From the NCBI RefSeq assembly GCF_009914755.1, contig NC_060941.1: a stretch of DNA of 64,000 nucleotides; one strand, 5' to 3'. Positions 63,231 to 64,000 of this stretch are shown here, piece by piece. How positions within the stretch are numbered: the stretch's first letter is position 1; each line of letters opens with the position of its first letter. The stretch is from the human T2T-CHM13v2.0 reference genome, Homo sapiens. A program made the translations under genes and the position numbers. The notes under the pieces are model-generated. The model had not been told where the DNA came from. It saw nothing but the letters and a program-made list of their open reading frames with translations, and did not search any database.

Positions 63231-64000
63231 AGCGTGGTTCTTTCAACAAATGTGCTGGCACAATTGGATATCAATAATAAAAATAAACTTGGATTCTTAT
63301 CTCATACCATACACAAAAATCAACTCAAATGGATTATAGTCCTAACTGTAAGAGCTAAAGCCCTAGAAATAAAACATAGGAGAAAATCTAATGACTTTGA
63401 GTGAAGCAAAGTTTTCTTAAATACAACATCGAAAGAACAATCCATAAGAGAAAAATTTAGTACATTTAACGTCAAAATTAGAAACTTCTGTTCTTGAAAA
63501 GACACTGTTAAGAATTTTTTAAATCACAGAATGAAAAAATATTTACAAGTAACATATCTGAAAAGGATTTGTATCCAGAATGTAAAGAACTCCTATAACT
63601 CAATAATAAGAAGGCAAACAACCCAATTAAAAATGGGCAAGATAATTAAATACACATTTCATCAAAGAAGATAAATGAATAATAAACACATCAAAAAGAC
63701 GCTTGATACAAGTAGTTCTTAGGGTAATGCAGTTAAGAGTACAATGGAGATGCAATTATTATACACCTCCTAGAATAGCTAAAGTCGAAAGGATTGATCA
63801 TATCAGGTGTCAGAAATGCTGTGAAGAAGGTGAAATCCTAATTCAGTGCTGGTGGGAATGTATAGTGGAAGAATCACTTGGAAAACAGTTTGTTAGTTTC
63901 TTCAAAGTTAAATATAAATTTACCAATAGACCCATCAATTCCACTCCTAACTATTCACCCAAAAGAAATGAAGTTATGTCCACACAAAAACTTGTAGGAG
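63231..64000 (+). mobile_element. Old L1M ORF2 3' region (runs off the window)
   Basis: tctttcaacaaatgtgctgg...aaaatcaactcaaatggatt...gctggtgggaatgt. Confidence 0.85.

Overview
Primate (human-like) non-coding genomic DNA, either intergenic or deep intronic. I found no protein-coding exon, RNA gene or CpG island that I can support; the ORF track is mostly Alu/L1/LTR read-through. More than half of the window is interspersed repeats: about 30 Alus, young and old L1s, L2/MIR/CR1, MaLR/ERVL/ERV1 solo LTRs, and MER DNA transposons. Subfamily calls are from memory of consensus sequences, not from a search. I do not see a clearly new biological system. The most unusual structures are: (1) an AluY carrying a 68-bp inverted copy of sequence lying 1.4 kb away (a templated insertion); (2) a 123-bp-arm inverted repeat at 17.1-17.4 kb that I cannot assign to a repeat family; (3) a 62-nt pre-miRNA-sized hairpin inside an LTR33-like remnant; (4) three independent 5'-inverted (twin-primed) L1PA insertions with intact TSDs; (5) a chimeric Alu marking a probable deletion; (6) an inverted Alu pair 26 bp apart; (7) several unique segments with enhancer-like motif clusters.
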